Counted from the stretch's first letter, positions 18,118-27,162 are shown. The stretch: 32,000 nucleotides of DNA from Desulfobulbus propionicus DSM 2032 (GCF_000186885.1 NC_014972.1:3210001-3242000), one strand, 5' to 3'. The notes: a model not told the origin generated them from the letters alone. Numbers and translations are program-made.

Positions 18118-19410
18118 ATGTCGGCCTTGCATCCCTCGAGCACTCCGTCGCTGGTTTTTGCGACACCCTCGGGCGAGATCGTGGATTACAGCGGCCTGCG
18201 CATGGCTGGCAGCGCCGCTGGACATTTTTACCAACCTCGACTCCATGAACTGATCGAACTTCCGGCCGGAAGCGAACTGTTTGCCCTTCCTGGACGGCAG
18301 CCTGTGGGCATTGAGCCTGTGGGCGGCGAACCCGCCCTGCTTGAGGTGAACCCCTACCAACCGAACGAACCCGTTCAGGCCGTTGCCGCCTTCATGGCTC
18401 CCGCCCACACCGCTCTCTATACCGCTGCTTTCGCGCGCCAGGCCGACGTTCCGCTCCTGCCACTCTTTGCCTACACGGCCGTGGGCTGGGCAGAGGGAAA
18501 ATTCTGGGTTGCAGGCTTCCGCAGCGATGCCGATCGTCGTCAGGATATCGATCAATTCAACCAGCGACTGCTGGAACAACGAACCCGCAAGCAGCTCAAA
18601 CGACATGGCGGCAACCGCCTCGTTCAGCACCTCGGCAAATGCTGCCTGACTTACGGCTGCCCAGCGGCACGCAACTATTTTCTCGGGCGCTGGGAAGCCC
18701 CCCTTCCCTGCTCCCCGGTTTGCAATGCTGCTTGCGCGGGGTGCATTTCCCTCCAACCTTCCGGATGCTGCCCTTCTACCCAAGATCGAATCACCTTTGT
18801 CCCCACCGAACGAGAAATTGCCGAAGTGGCCATCGAGCATTTGCAAACCGCGCCCTTGCCCATCGTCAGTTTCGGGCAGGGATGCGAGGGCGAACCGCTG
18901 CTTCAGGCCCGGGTTATGGAAAAAAGCATCCGCCTCATTCGCTCGCAAACGACACGAGGCACCATCAACCTCAACACCAACGGCAGTCTCCCCGAGGCTG
19001 TCGAACGCCTGGCAAAGGCCGGTTTGGATTCAATCCGTATTTCCCTGAACAGCGCTCAGGCAAAAAAACACCAGCTTTATTATCGTCCCAAGGGGTTCAC
19101 CTTTGCAGATGTTTGTCGCTCCATCTCAGTGATGAAGCGCCATGGGCGGCACGTCTCGCTCAATTATTTCATCCTCCCGGGTTGCACCGACGACCTTGTC
19201 GAATTCGAAGCCCTGAGCGCTCTTATCGCTGAATTCCGGCCCGACTACATCCAATTACGCAACCTCAACATGGACCCCGAATATTATCTCCGGGTAATTG
19301 ACCATTCGGCAACCGCCCCCCCTCTCGGCATCCTCGCCTGGCTCGAACGGCTCAAAATCAAATTCCCCTTCCTGGGATTTGGCTATTACAATCCGCCCCT
19401 GCATCGCTGA
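18118..19410 (+). CDS. Radical SAM protein of unassigned function
   Basis: 430 aa with CxxxCxxC in C-SPV-CNAACAGC (residues 202-209), then ISFGQGCEGEPLL-like (VSFGQGCEGEPLL), GTINLNTNGSLPEAVERLAKAGLDSIRISLNS, and YIQLRNLN. Extra upstream Cys cluster GKCCLTYGC. Confidence 0.88.
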   Translation: MSALHPSSTPSLVFATPSGEIVDYSGLRMAGSAAGHFYQPRLHELIELPAGSELFALPGRQPVGIEPVGGEPALLEVNPYQPNEPVQAVAAFMAPAHTALYTAAFARQADVPLLPLFAYTAVGWAEGKFWVAGFRSDADRRQDIDQFNQRLLEQRTRKQLKRHGGNRLVQHLGKCCLTYGCPAARNYFLGRWEAPLPCSPVCNAACAGCISLQPSGCCPSTQDRITFVPTEREIAEVAIEHLQTAPLPIVSFGQGCEGEPLLQARVMEKSIRLIRSQTTRGTINLNTNGSLPEAVERLAKAGLDSIRISLNSAQAKKHQLYYRPKGFTFADVCRSISVMKRHGRHVSLNYFILPGCTDDLVEFEALSALIAEFRPDYIQLRNLNMDPEYYLRVIDHSATAPPLGILAWLERLKIKFPFLGFGYYNPPLHR

Positions 19411-20401
19411 CCCACCATTTCCCATTGTCCTCGGCACACGGGTCGCACGCCGCAAAAAACGCACTTGCCCGCGAGCACGCCTCGGCGAATGATCGACTGG
19501 ACTGTACCCCCATGGCCAGCTGGTGACCAAAAAAATAGTTGGTGGCAAAATGATGGGTGAACTCCTTGAGTCGTCCCAGGCGTCGCTCCGGCGAGAAACG
19601 CTCAACCAGTGCCGTGGCAAACCCTTGGTACAGCTGTGGCAAGCAGATGTGCGGCTCGGTGCAATCCACCGCGTAGAGGGCTCGGGCAAGCACGGCGAAA
19701 ATCCAGGGCGATCGTGCCGCAGCCCGTCCGATCATCAGGCCATCGGCCCCGCTTTGTTCCAAGCAGGTGCGTGCGCTGGCGATCGAATCGATCCCGCCGT
19801 TGGCAACGACCGGAATATCGATCCACCGCTTCACGTTGGCGACCCACTCCCAGCGGGGCCGCCGGGCGAAGGATTCACCGCGTAAGCGCGCATGGACGGT
19901 GATCATGTCCACGCCTTCCCCCTCAAGCATTCGGCAAAAATCACGAAGCTTAGCCGCATCCAGCGTCTCTCCGAGCCGGATCTTGGCGGTCAAGGGCAGG
20001 GACGTGTGTTGGCGAGCGCTGGCAACAAGCCGCCGTACCCGTGCGGGATCCTCCATCAGCCGACTTCCCCCCCCGGACCTGCGGATCTGCGGAGCCGGGC
20101 AGCCAAGATTCAGATCGATGACATCCGCCCCGAGACGATGCAGGGCGGCAAAAGCCGGAGCGATATGCTTTTCGTCAGTTAACATCAGCTGATGGGAAAG
20201 GGGAGACTCCTTGGTCGTCCTGAACAGATACGGCGAGTGGTCTACGCTTTCCGCCGGCAGTCGCGCAGCTGAGAGCATTTCCGTGCTCAGCAGCCCTACC
20301 CCGCCGAAATGGAGCAGCGTTGTCCGTAGCGCCGAATGGGTGAGACCGGCCATGGGTGCCAGCAAAAGCGGCGGCCAAATTGTTTGCGAGCCGACCTTCA
20401 T
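19358..20401 (-). CDS. tRNA-dihydrouridine synthase family protein (Dus)
   Basis: LLLAPMAGLTHSALRTTLLHFGG...DVIDLNLGCPAPQIRRSGGGSRLMEDP...PLTAKIRLG...GVDMITVHARLRGESF...IPVVANGGI...GADGLMIGRAAARSPWIF. Confidence 0.93.
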   Translation of the reverse strand: MKVGSQTIWPPLLLAPMAGLTHSALRTTLLHFGGVGLLSTEMLSAARLPAESVDHSPYLFRTTKESPLSHQLMLTDEKHIAPAFAALHRLGADVIDLNLGCPAPQIRRSGGGSRLMEDPARVRRLVASARQHTSLPLTAKIRLGETLDAAKLRDFCRMLEGEGVDMITVHARLRGESFARRPRWEWVANVKRWIDIPVVANGGIDSIASARTCLEQSGADGLMIGRAAARSPWIFAVLARALYAVDCTEPHICLPQLYQGFATALVERFSPERRLGRLKEFTHHFATNYFFGHQLAMGVQSSRSFAEACSRASAFFAACDPCAEDNGKWWVSDAGADCNSQIPGRGI

Positions 20402-20478
20402 CGTCTTCCATCCATGATGCGCGCTGGCCGCATCAACCACTTCTTTCTTGACATAAAAACATCGAACGTGGTAGTTGA

Positions 20479-20493
20479 GGATAATTATTATTT
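20479..20493. promoter_or_regulatory. Fur/PerR-box-like palindrome upstream of the Fur/PerR-family gene
   Basis: GGATAATTATTATTT; the 11-nt core ATAATTATTAT matches the PerR consensus TTATAATnATTATAA; outer two positions on each side do not. Confidence 0.4.
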
Positions 20494-20527
20494 AATCTTG
20501 CTGTCACTTTCAATGATAGAGCAGACC

Positions 20528-20944
20528 ATGAACGCACCCGCACCAATGATCAGATTGACCACGCAACGTCAGGTCATTCTGGAGGAATTGTCAAAAGTAA
20601 AAACCCACCCCACCGCCAGCGAGCTGTACGATATGGTTCGCCGTCGCTTGCCCCGTATCGGGCTGGGAACCGTGTATCGCAATCTGGAATTGATGGCCGA
20701 TAGCGGCATGATTCTCAAGCTCGAGGTTGGCGGCACGCAAAAACGATTTGATGCCACCACCGAGGAGCATTATCACATCCGCTGCTCTGTCTGCGGCAGG
20801 GTGGACGACATTGAGGTCCCGGTCATCCAGGAGCTGGTTGCCCAAGCCGCCAATGCCACATCCTACCGCATTCTTGGCCACCATGTCGAATTTAGCGGTA
20901 TTTGCAGTTCCTGCCAACAGCAGCGCGCTGCCTCGGCCCGCTAA
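20528..20944 (+). CDS. Fur-family transcriptional regulator (PerR-like)
   Basis: LTTQRQVILEELSKVKTHPTASELYDMVRRRLPRIGLGTVYRNLELMADSGMI...KRFDATTEEHYHIRCSVCGRVDDIE...HHVEFSGICSSC: winged helix plus HxH and two CxxC motifs. In-frame alternative ATG at 20513. Confidence 0.93.
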   Translation: MNAPAPMIRLTTQRQVILEELSKVKTHPTASELYDMVRRRLPRIGLGTVYRNLELMADSGMILKLEVGGTQKRFDATTEEHYHIRCSVCGRVDDIEVPVIQELVAQAANATSYRILGHHVEFSGICSSCQQQRAASAR

Positions 20945-21042
20945 GGCCTTGTTCGCTTCCTCTGGGTCCCTTACATAAAGGACAAAGAGCGGGTCCCTGT
21001 CGGGAACCCGCTCTTTGATTTTCCGCCTGTTGGCCGTTCGGT

Positions 21043-22257
21043 TCAAGAAAAACTGACCCGGCAGAACCGCCGCTTGCCAACTTTCAGCAAAATCTCTCCC
21101 TTGGTTGGAACAACAGCGTTGATATCGCTGATTTTTTCTCCTTCAATGGTCACCGCATGTTGCTGAATCATGCGCCGCCCATCCGAGGTTGATTTGACCA
21201 ACCCCGCATCCAGCAGCAGTTTCGGCACCCAAATCTCCGCTTCCGCAACGGCGAGCCGTACCTCTTCAATGTCTTCTGGCAATTCATGACGGGCGAAAAC
21301 CTGCTCAAAATTGCGTTCAGCGTTTTCAGCCGCTTCCCGATCATGAAAACGGGTCACCATTTCCTTGGCCAACTGCACCTTGACCGCTTTGGGATGAAGC
21401 TCACCGCGGGCTATCTTGGTCTTGAGCGCTTGGATTTCCTCCAGGGACAGATCACTGAGCAGCTCATAGTAACGAAACATCAAATCGTCGCTGATCGACA
21501 TAATCTTGCCGAAGATACTGTCCGGCGGCTCGGAGATGCCGATATAGTTGCCCAACGACTTACTCATCTTGTTGACGCCGTCCAATCCTTCAAGCAGGGG
21601 CATGGTCAGCACCACTTGGGGCTCCTGTCCACGACTGCGCTGTAGATCGCGGCCCATCAACACATTGAACAACTGATCGGTGCCACCCAATTCAACATCG
21701 GCCTTCATGGCCACCGAATCATATCCCTGGATAAGGGGGTAGAGGAATTCGTGGATCGAAATGGGCCGATTGGATTCAAACCGTTTTTTGAAATCATCCC
21801 GTTCCAGCATGCGGGCGACCGTCAACTCGGAGGCGAGGCGAATCATCTCGTACGAGCTAAGTTGTCCCAGCCAGGTGGAGTTGAACACCACCTTTGTCTT
21901 TTGCGGATCGAGGATCTTGAACACCTGCTCCTTGTAGGTTTCGGCGTTGCGTTTCACATCCTCGGGAGTCAATGGTGGCCTGGTGTCAGATTTACCGGTT
22001 GGATCACCGATCAGACCGGTGAAATCTCCGATCAAGAAATTGACTTCGTGACCCAACAATTGAAAATGACGTAATTTTTGCAACAAAACCGTGTGTCCCA
22101 AATGCAGATCCGGAGCGGTGGGGTCAAACCCGGCCTTAACAATCAACGGCTTGCCAGTCTCCAGCGAACGGGTCAGTTTCTTGACCAGATCCTCTCTGGA
22201 GTGAAAATCAACGGCGCCCCGTTCAATCAGGGCGATCTGCTCTTCTACAGATTTCAT
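21043..22257 (-). CDS. tyrS: Tyrosyl-tRNA synthetase
   Basis: [51 protein letters not shown]...[30 protein letters not shown]...[16 protein letters not shown]; C-terminal S4-like domain. Confidence 0.96.
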   Translation of the reverse strand: MKSVEEQIALIERGAVDFHSREDLVKKLTRSLETGKPLIVKAGFDPTAPDLHLGHTVLLQKLRHFQLLGHEVNFLIGDFTGLIGDPTGKSDTRPPLTPEDVKRNAETYKEQVFKILDPQKTKVVFNSTWLGQLSSYEMIRLASELTVARMLERDDFKKRFESNRPISIHEFLYPLIQGYDSVAMKADVELGGTDQLFNVLMGRDLQRSRGQEPQVVLTMPLLEGLDGVNKMSKSLGNYIGISEPPDSIFGKIMSISDDLMFRYYELLSDLSLEEIQALKTKIARGELHPKAVKVQLAKEMVTRFHDREAAENAERNFEQVFARHELPEDIEEVRLAVAEAEIWVPKLLLDAGLVKSTSDGRRMIQQHAVTIEGEKISDINAVVPTKGEILLKVGKRRFCRVSFS

Positions 22258-22266
22258 CCTCTCTCC

Positions 22267-23832
22267 CTATTTGGCGTATTCTACCGCTCTGGTTTCACGG
22301 ATCACCGTAACCCGAATCTGTCCTGGATAGGTCAATTGTTCTTCGATCGCCTTGGCGATGTCACGGCTGAGCAAGGCGGCTTCTTCATCCTTGACCTTCT
22401 GGCTGTCGACAATGATCCGCAAATCCCGTCCTGCCTGAATGGCATAGGATTTATCCACTCCGGCAAATCCATTGGCTATATTTTCAAGATCCTCAAGTCG
22501 CTTAACATAACTTTGCAACATCTCCTTGCGCGCACCGGGCCGCGCTCCGGACAAGGCATCCGCCGACTGGACGAGCACGTCAAGAACCGACTTGGGTGGC
22601 TGATCCTCGTGATGTGCGCCAATCGCATAGACAATGTCGTCAGCCTCGCCGTATTTTTTCGCCAGATCCCGGCCAATAATCGCGTGCGATCCCTCCACCT
22701 CATGGTCCACGGCCTTGCCGATATCATGGAGCAGTCCAGCTCGTTTCGCTTTTTTGACGTCCAGACCGAGTTCTGCGGCCATGACTCCACAGAGGAAAGC
22801 CACCTCGAGAGAATGCTGCAGGATATTCTGTCCGTAGCTCGTGCGATATTTCAGCCGACCGATGAGGTTAATCAAATCAACATGCATCCCATGCGCGCCG
22901 ACGTCAAAGGTGGCCTGTTCACCCGATTCCCGGATGCCGACCTCCAGATCTTCCGCCACTTTTTGCACGACCTCCTCGATGCGTGCCGGGTGGATTCGGC
23001 CATCGGAGATAAGTTGCTCCAGGGCAAGCCGTGCAACTTCCCGCCGAATGGGATTGAACCCTGACAGAATAACCGCCTCCGGAGTGTCGTCAATGATGAT
23101 ATCAATCCCGGTCGCGGCTTCAATTGCGCGGATATTCCGCCCTTCTCTGCCGATGATCCGGCCTTTCATCTCCTCGTTCGGCAGCGGCACCATGGAGACG
23201 GTTTTATCGGCGACATAGTCACCTGCATAGCGGGCAATAGCCAAGGCAAGGATATTCTTCCCTTTGCGGTCGGCTTCCATCTTCATTTCGTTTTCTATGC
23301 GCAGCAATCGTTTCGCGCAATCCATCCGTGCTTCGCTTTCGATGGACTGCATCAATTGAACCTTTGCTTCCTCGCGATCAATGCCGGCTATTTTTTCCAG
23401 TTTATAGCGCTGTTCGTCCACCAGACTTTCAAGCTGTTGCTTCTTGGCGGCCACGTCCTCCTCATTGGTCTCCAGTTGCTCCTCACGGTATTTCAGACTG
23501 GCCTGTTTTTCCTCCAGAATTTGAAATTCTCGCTGGATCTCGTCGAATTTGCGATTGAGTCGACGTTGATCGTCCTTGAGTTCTTGCCGACTGGCCTTTA
23601 ATTCGCGGTCCGCTTCCTGCTTGATCTGAAACGCCTCTTCCTTCGCCTGCAGAATAGCCTCTTTTTTTATCTGCTCCGCTTCGCTGATTGAATTTTCAAT
23701 GATTTGACGGCCTTGCAACTCGATATTTTTTTGATTCCCCTCCACAAGCCGTTTCCGCAAAAAAACACCGAGCGCCAAACCAGCCACCAAATTGGTCAGC
23801 GCCAACAGCAATGTGACAGCATTCAATTCCAT
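22267..23832 (-). CDS. rny: Ribonuclease Y
   Basis: N-terminal TM segment, long coiled coil, then [48 protein letters not shown]-type KH domain and HD domain ([21 protein letters not shown]...YAIGAHHED), ending [18 protein letters not shown]. Confidence 0.97.
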   Translation of the reverse strand: MELNAVTLLLALTNLVAGLALGVFLRKRLVEGNQKNIELQGRQIIENSISEAEQIKKEAILQAKEEAFQIKQEADRELKASRQELKDDQRRLNRKFDEIQREFQILEEKQASLKYREEQLETNEEDVAAKKQQLESLVDEQRYKLEKIAGIDREEAKVQLMQSIESEARMDCAKRLLRIENEMKMEADRKGKNILALAIARYAGDYVADKTVSMVPLPNEEMKGRIIGREGRNIRAIEAATGIDIIIDDTPEAVILSGFNPIRREVARLALEQLISDGRIHPARIEEVVQKVAEDLEVGIRESGEQATFDVGAHGMHVDLINLIGRLKYRTSYGQNILQHSLEVAFLCGVMAAELGLDVKKAKRAGLLHDIGKAVDHEVEGSHAIIGRDLAKKYGEADDIVYAIGAHHEDQPPKSVLDVLVQSADALSGARPGARKEMLQSYVKRLEDLENIANGFAGVDKSYAIQAGRDLRIIVDSQKVKDEEAALLSRDIAKAIEEQLTYPGQIRVTVIRETRAVEYAK

Positions 23833-24128
23833 AAACCGTACCCACCCTATCTATCTAAGAAAGCCGTTACCCTCCGATTTTTTCGGCTGGAGACGGCAGC
23901 ACAATACCTGAGAAAGGGAAAAAGGAGGCGTGGGAAGGAAATGCGGCCCGATTGGCCGCTAGGCCCAACAGAAATGCTGTTAGAACAACAGCAACGGAGA
24001 TGTTCTGGATGTCAGCTTCTATCCAGCAAGCATACCCCGGTGGTCTTCAGCCTGAAGAAAAGCAAGAAACAAATCCGAATCACTTCCAGTGTGTCATCAG
24101 ATTCTTCTTGGTAAACAGCCTGGATAGC

Positions 24129-24167
24129 GGGTTACTTATATATAGTAACCCTGATCGCATCAGGGTT
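24129..24167 (-). promoter_or_regulatory. Two overlapping, mutually exclusive hairpins (attenuator/antiterminator-like) upstream of rny
   Basis: Plus strand GGGTTACT-TATATAT-AGTAACCC (24129-24151) and AACCCTGAT-CGC-ATCAGGGTT (24147-24167) share the AACCC segment 24147-24151. Confidence 0.45.
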
Positions 24168-24244
24168 GTCTTTCTATCACTGGACCAACAATGTCCGTTA
24201 TCGCCCACGCAACCATCCTCTTTCTTCGTTGAAAATGGCACAAT

Positions 24245-24267
24245 ATAAAAAAGCGGCTTAACCCGCT
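24245..24267 (-). terminator. Rho-independent terminator
   Basis: Minus strand AGCGG-GTTAAG-CCGCT-TTTTTAT downstream of the 6S-like locus. Confidence 0.65.
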
Positions 24268-24325
24268 GGCAATAAAAGCCCCCCGCGCTGCCGTGTCAAC
24301 GAAATGATTAAACCTAATTAGATTA

Positions 24326-24490
24326 GGTGGGCAGTGCCCCTCCTACCGTCTGGGAGTCAATAAAGATTTCCATCATGCAGGATTAAGGCTACCCTTATCA
24401 TACGAGTTGGCTCAATACTTCGCTGATCACCAACAGAGCAGGGGTACTTCGTTTTAGCGCTTCCACTATACCAGAAGCCCTGTATCCACC
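24326..24490 (-). ncRNA. ssrS: Candidate 6S RNA
   Basis: Non-coding interval directly downstream of zapA (classical ssrS neighbourhood). The minus strand can fold into one long interrupted rod: outer GGTGG/CCACC plus CAG/CTG, then TACCC/GGGTA, then GTTGG/CCAAC near the tip; length about 165 nt. Followed by hairpin ACCTAAT-CTA-ATTAGGT. Confidence 0.5.
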
Positions 24491-24511
24491 AAACTAGAAT
24501 CTGAAAATTGA

Positions 24512-24799
24512 TTAGTCGAGAGTTGACGACAACTTGTCGATCAGTTGCGCAACTGTTCGGTCCTGCGCCTGGCGATACTCGCTATACTCTCGCTTTAATT
24601 GAACATATTTCGCAGCCATCCGCAAACAGCCCAATACTAGCATCTTACTGGACGGCACCGAACTTTTGCTTACCTTCTCATTGCTTTCAAGTTCATCCCG
24701 GAGCAGGGTAATGACCGATGCCACTTCTTCCTCGGAGGCGTCACTATAAAACGTAAACTCCTGGCCGAACAGATTGAAACGAACAAGACGATCCTGCAT
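24512..24799 (-). CDS. zapA: Cell division protein ZapA
   Basis: MQDRLVRFNLFGQEFTFYSDASEEEVASVITLLRDEL...SKMLVLGCLRMAAKYVQLKREYSEYRQAQDRTVAQLIDKLSSTLD: ZapA N-terminal pattern and C-terminal coiled coil. Confidence 0.8.
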   Translation of the reverse strand: MQDRLVRFNLFGQEFTFYSDASEEEVASVITLLRDELESNEKVSKSSVPSSKMLVLGCLRMAAKYVQLKREYSEYRQAQDRTVAQLIDKLSSTLD

Positions 24800-24816
24800 G
24801 AGCGTTACATGTGAGG

Positions 24817-25134
24817 TTAGATCGTCTTGTTGTCCGCATCATTTGAGAACAACGACCCTTGGGAACTCGCCGAGCTATCGCTCCTGTCAACCGAGGCACC
24901 CATCTGTTCATTCTCCCACTGCTCAATACGATCCAGCAGGCCTGAGACCCGATTGCTGACTTCTGTTCGTTCGGAACTCAAATTAAATACGTTATTTTTA
25001 AGCTCCGCGCATTCCGCGTCACGCTGCCGCAACGTTTCTTGAAGCATCTGATAATCGGATTTCAATTGATTGTATTTCGTCAACAGTTTATCGACAAACT
25101 CCTCCAGGCGAATCAATTCCACATTGCTTTCCAT
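24817..25134 (-). CDS. ZapB-like coiled-coil cell division protein
   Basis: MESNVELIRLEEFVDKLLTKYNQLKSDYQMLQETLRQRDAECAELKNNVFNLSSERTEVSNRVSGLLDRIEQWE; coiled coil immediately upstream of zapA. Confidence 0.65.
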   Translation of the reverse strand: MESNVELIRLEEFVDKLLTKYNQLKSDYQMLQETLRQRDAECAELKNNVFNLSSERTEVSNRVSGLLDRIEQWENEQMGASVDRSDSSASSQGSLFSNDADNKTI

Positions 25135-25294
25135 GACACATCCTCTTGATTTCAAGTTGCCGAAAAGGTTGAAAAACCATAACCTTCCGAAATTATGCAA
25201 GAACTAACTGGTGGATAACTATACAGATCCAACCTCTCGAACGCAAGAACTTTGCATGGGCGATCAACTCAACCCCACTTTCAGCCTGCCACCG

Positions 25295-25780
25295 CTATAT
25301 CCTGCTGAATTTCCATGAAAGAGGCCGTCCATTTGCATACGGCATGTAGCCATGAAAGACTCGTGGATCATGATCAAACACCAAGGGAAGGAAATATCGA
25401 TCTCCCTCCCACATTGGCAGATGGGCAAGTTCGGCGACCAGGTGCCAGTTCAGCTCGCCCTCCTCGTTGCGGCTCTTGAGCGTGCCCGTGAACGAAGTAA
25501 TCAGAAAAACAAAACCCAGCCAATTTTCCCCTTCCGGGCCAAAGCCCGTCCAGTTGATCGTGCCACGTAACTGCAATTGGGTACACACCAACCCGGCCTC
25601 TTCATATATCTCCCGCTTCATGCAGGTAACCACGTCTTCGTTGGGCAACATTTTCCCTCCAAGACCATTGTATTTACCGAGGTGCTGGTCAGAGGCGCGA
25701 GCGTTTCGGTGGACAAGCAAGGTTCGCAGTCCATCGGGGGACAGGATATAGCCAAGCGTACCAATGATGGGCATGTACAT
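25295..25780 (-). CDS. NUDIX hydrolase (8-oxo-dGTP diphosphatase-like)
   Basis: GTLGYILSPDGLRTLLVHRN...GKYNGLGGKMLPNEDVVTCMKREIYEEAGL: Nudix box GX5EX7REUXEEXGU variant. Confidence 0.92.
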   Translation of the reverse strand: MYMPIIGTLGYILSPDGLRTLLVHRNARASDQHLGKYNGLGGKMLPNEDVVTCMKREIYEEAGLVCTQLQLRGTINWTGFGPEGENWLGFVFLITSFTGTLKSRNEEGELNWHLVAELAHLPMWEGDRYFLPLVFDHDPRVFHGYMPYANGRPLSWKFSRI

Positions 25781-25920
25781 ATCTTATCCTTTCAACCAAA
25801 CAACACACTGTTATTAAAGACAAAAGTCAAATTCATAACTTTATCGCCTGACGATGTGGAATATGATATAGTTTTTTTATTTTGTAGTATTGCTCTCCCG
25901 TACCCTCATTACCTGGCACG

Positions 25921-27162
25921 ATGTATACTCTATCGAAATGGAAAGCAACTCCTGCGCTCACGGCCGCGACCTTTTTTCTAGGGGCCATGATATTGCTTTG
26001 TACCTTTGCCACCGGTGCGATGGCCGCGGAAAAATTTCCGCTTTACCCCTGTATCCAACCCAACGTCCATTTTTGGGAGCAGGTATACAGCCGTTATACG
26101 ACCCGGCAGGGTATTCTGCACGATATTGACAATCTCTCTCAAGTATACAGCATCATCGACTTGGTCGATCCAAAAATTCCTGGGGCCACGGCAATCAACA
26201 ACGCGCGTATCAGCTCGAAAAAAGAGCAACTCAAAAACATTCTGACACGGCTGGGCAACGGGCAGCCGCCACGCACCGCCGAAGAGCGGCGGATAGCCTC
26301 ACTTTTTCACAAACAGCCGCGTAGCGCATTCCATAAGGCCAAGGACAATTTTCGGTTCCAGTTGGGCCAAAAGGATCGTTTTCACGAAGGGGTTATTCGC
26401 TCGGGAAAATATCTGGCTCAATTCCAGAAGATCTTTACGGCCCACCGGCTTCCTGTGGAGTTGGCCTACTTGCCGCATGTGGAATCCTCCTTCAATCCGA
26501 AAGCGTACAGTAAAGCGGGCGCCGCCGGTTTGTGGCAATTCACCCGGTCAACCGGGAAAGATTACATGAACATCAACCAGCTGGTGGATGAGCGCTACGA
26601 CCCCTACCTGGCGACCCAAGCCGCTGCCCGTCTGCTCAAGGAGAATTATGCGGCCCTCCAATCATGGCCATTGGCCATTACCGCCTATAATTACGGTAAA
26701 GCAGGAATGATGCGAGCGCTCAAGGAACACGGGAGTTATGTCAACATTTTCAATTCGTATGACCAAGGGTATTTCAAGTTTGCCTCTCGGAATTTCTATG
26801 CGGAATTCGTCGCCGCCACGCGGGTTGCCAAGCGATGGGAGAAGCATCCGAACCTCGTCCCCGAGAAACCGGAAGCAACCTTCACCCTCCGCCTCAAGGA
26901 GGACACCCCTATCACCCGTTTACGCACCACCTTTGGCCTGAACCACGAACAATTCATCCGTTTGAATCCCGCTCTGCAAAAACCGGTCATTTCCGGGCAA
27001 CACCCGGTTCCCAAAGGGGCTCTGGTTCGCCTGCCGGCGAAGGCTCGGGCAAAGGAATCGCGTGTCGCTTTCATTAACCCACCAAAATCACCGGCTATTA
27101 AAATGCCCTCGAAACTCGCTGCCCCACGTGGCTCATCAGGCGTGCGTTACAGTATGAACTAG
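25921..27162 (+). CDS. Lytic transglycosylase (SLT domain, MltD-like) with degenerate LysM-like C-terminus
   Basis: Signal peptide; PVELAYLPHVESSFNPKAYSKAGAAGLWQFTRSTGKDY...DERYDPYLATQAAARLLKENYAAL-QSWPLAITAYNYGKAGM; C-terminal FTLRLKEDTPITRLRTTFGLNHEQFIRLNPAL...LVRLPAK. Confidence 0.9.
   Translation: MYTLSKWKATPALTAATFFLGAMILLCTFATGAMAAEKFPLYPCIQPNVHFWEQVYSRYTTRQGILHDIDNLSQVYSIIDLVDPKIPGATAINNARISSKKEQLKNILTRLGNGQPPRTAEERRIASLFHKQPRSAFHKAKDNFRFQLGQKDRFHEGVIRSGKYLAQFQKIFTAHRLPVELAYLPHVESSFNPKAYSKAGAAGLWQFTRSTGKDYMNINQLVDERYDPYLATQAAARLLKENYAALQSWPLAITAYNYGKAGMMRALKEHGSYVNIFNSYDQGYFKFASRNFYAEFVAATRVAKRWEKHPNLVPEKPEATFTLRLKEDTPITRLRTTFGLNHEQFIRLNPALQKPVISGQHPVPKGALVRLPAKARAKESRVAFINPPKSPAIKMPSKLAAPRGSSGVRYSMN

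Noticed and set aside
18064-18948. 294-aa minus-strand ORF
   Set aside because: Antisense to the radical SAM gene, which has clear motifs; composition looks like mirrored coding.
20591-21046. 151-aa minus-strand ORF ending next to tyrS
   Set aside because: Antisense to the Fur/PerR gene; no family resemblance.
22078-23064. 328-aa plus-strand ORF
   Set aside because: Antisense to rny HD/KH coding sequence.
23704-24114. 136-aa plus-strand ORF in the rny upstream gap
   Set aside because: Begins inside antisense rny and reads through Gln/Arg/Ser-rich non-conserved-looking sequence; no Shine-Dalgarno or domain. I treat the gap as non-coding.
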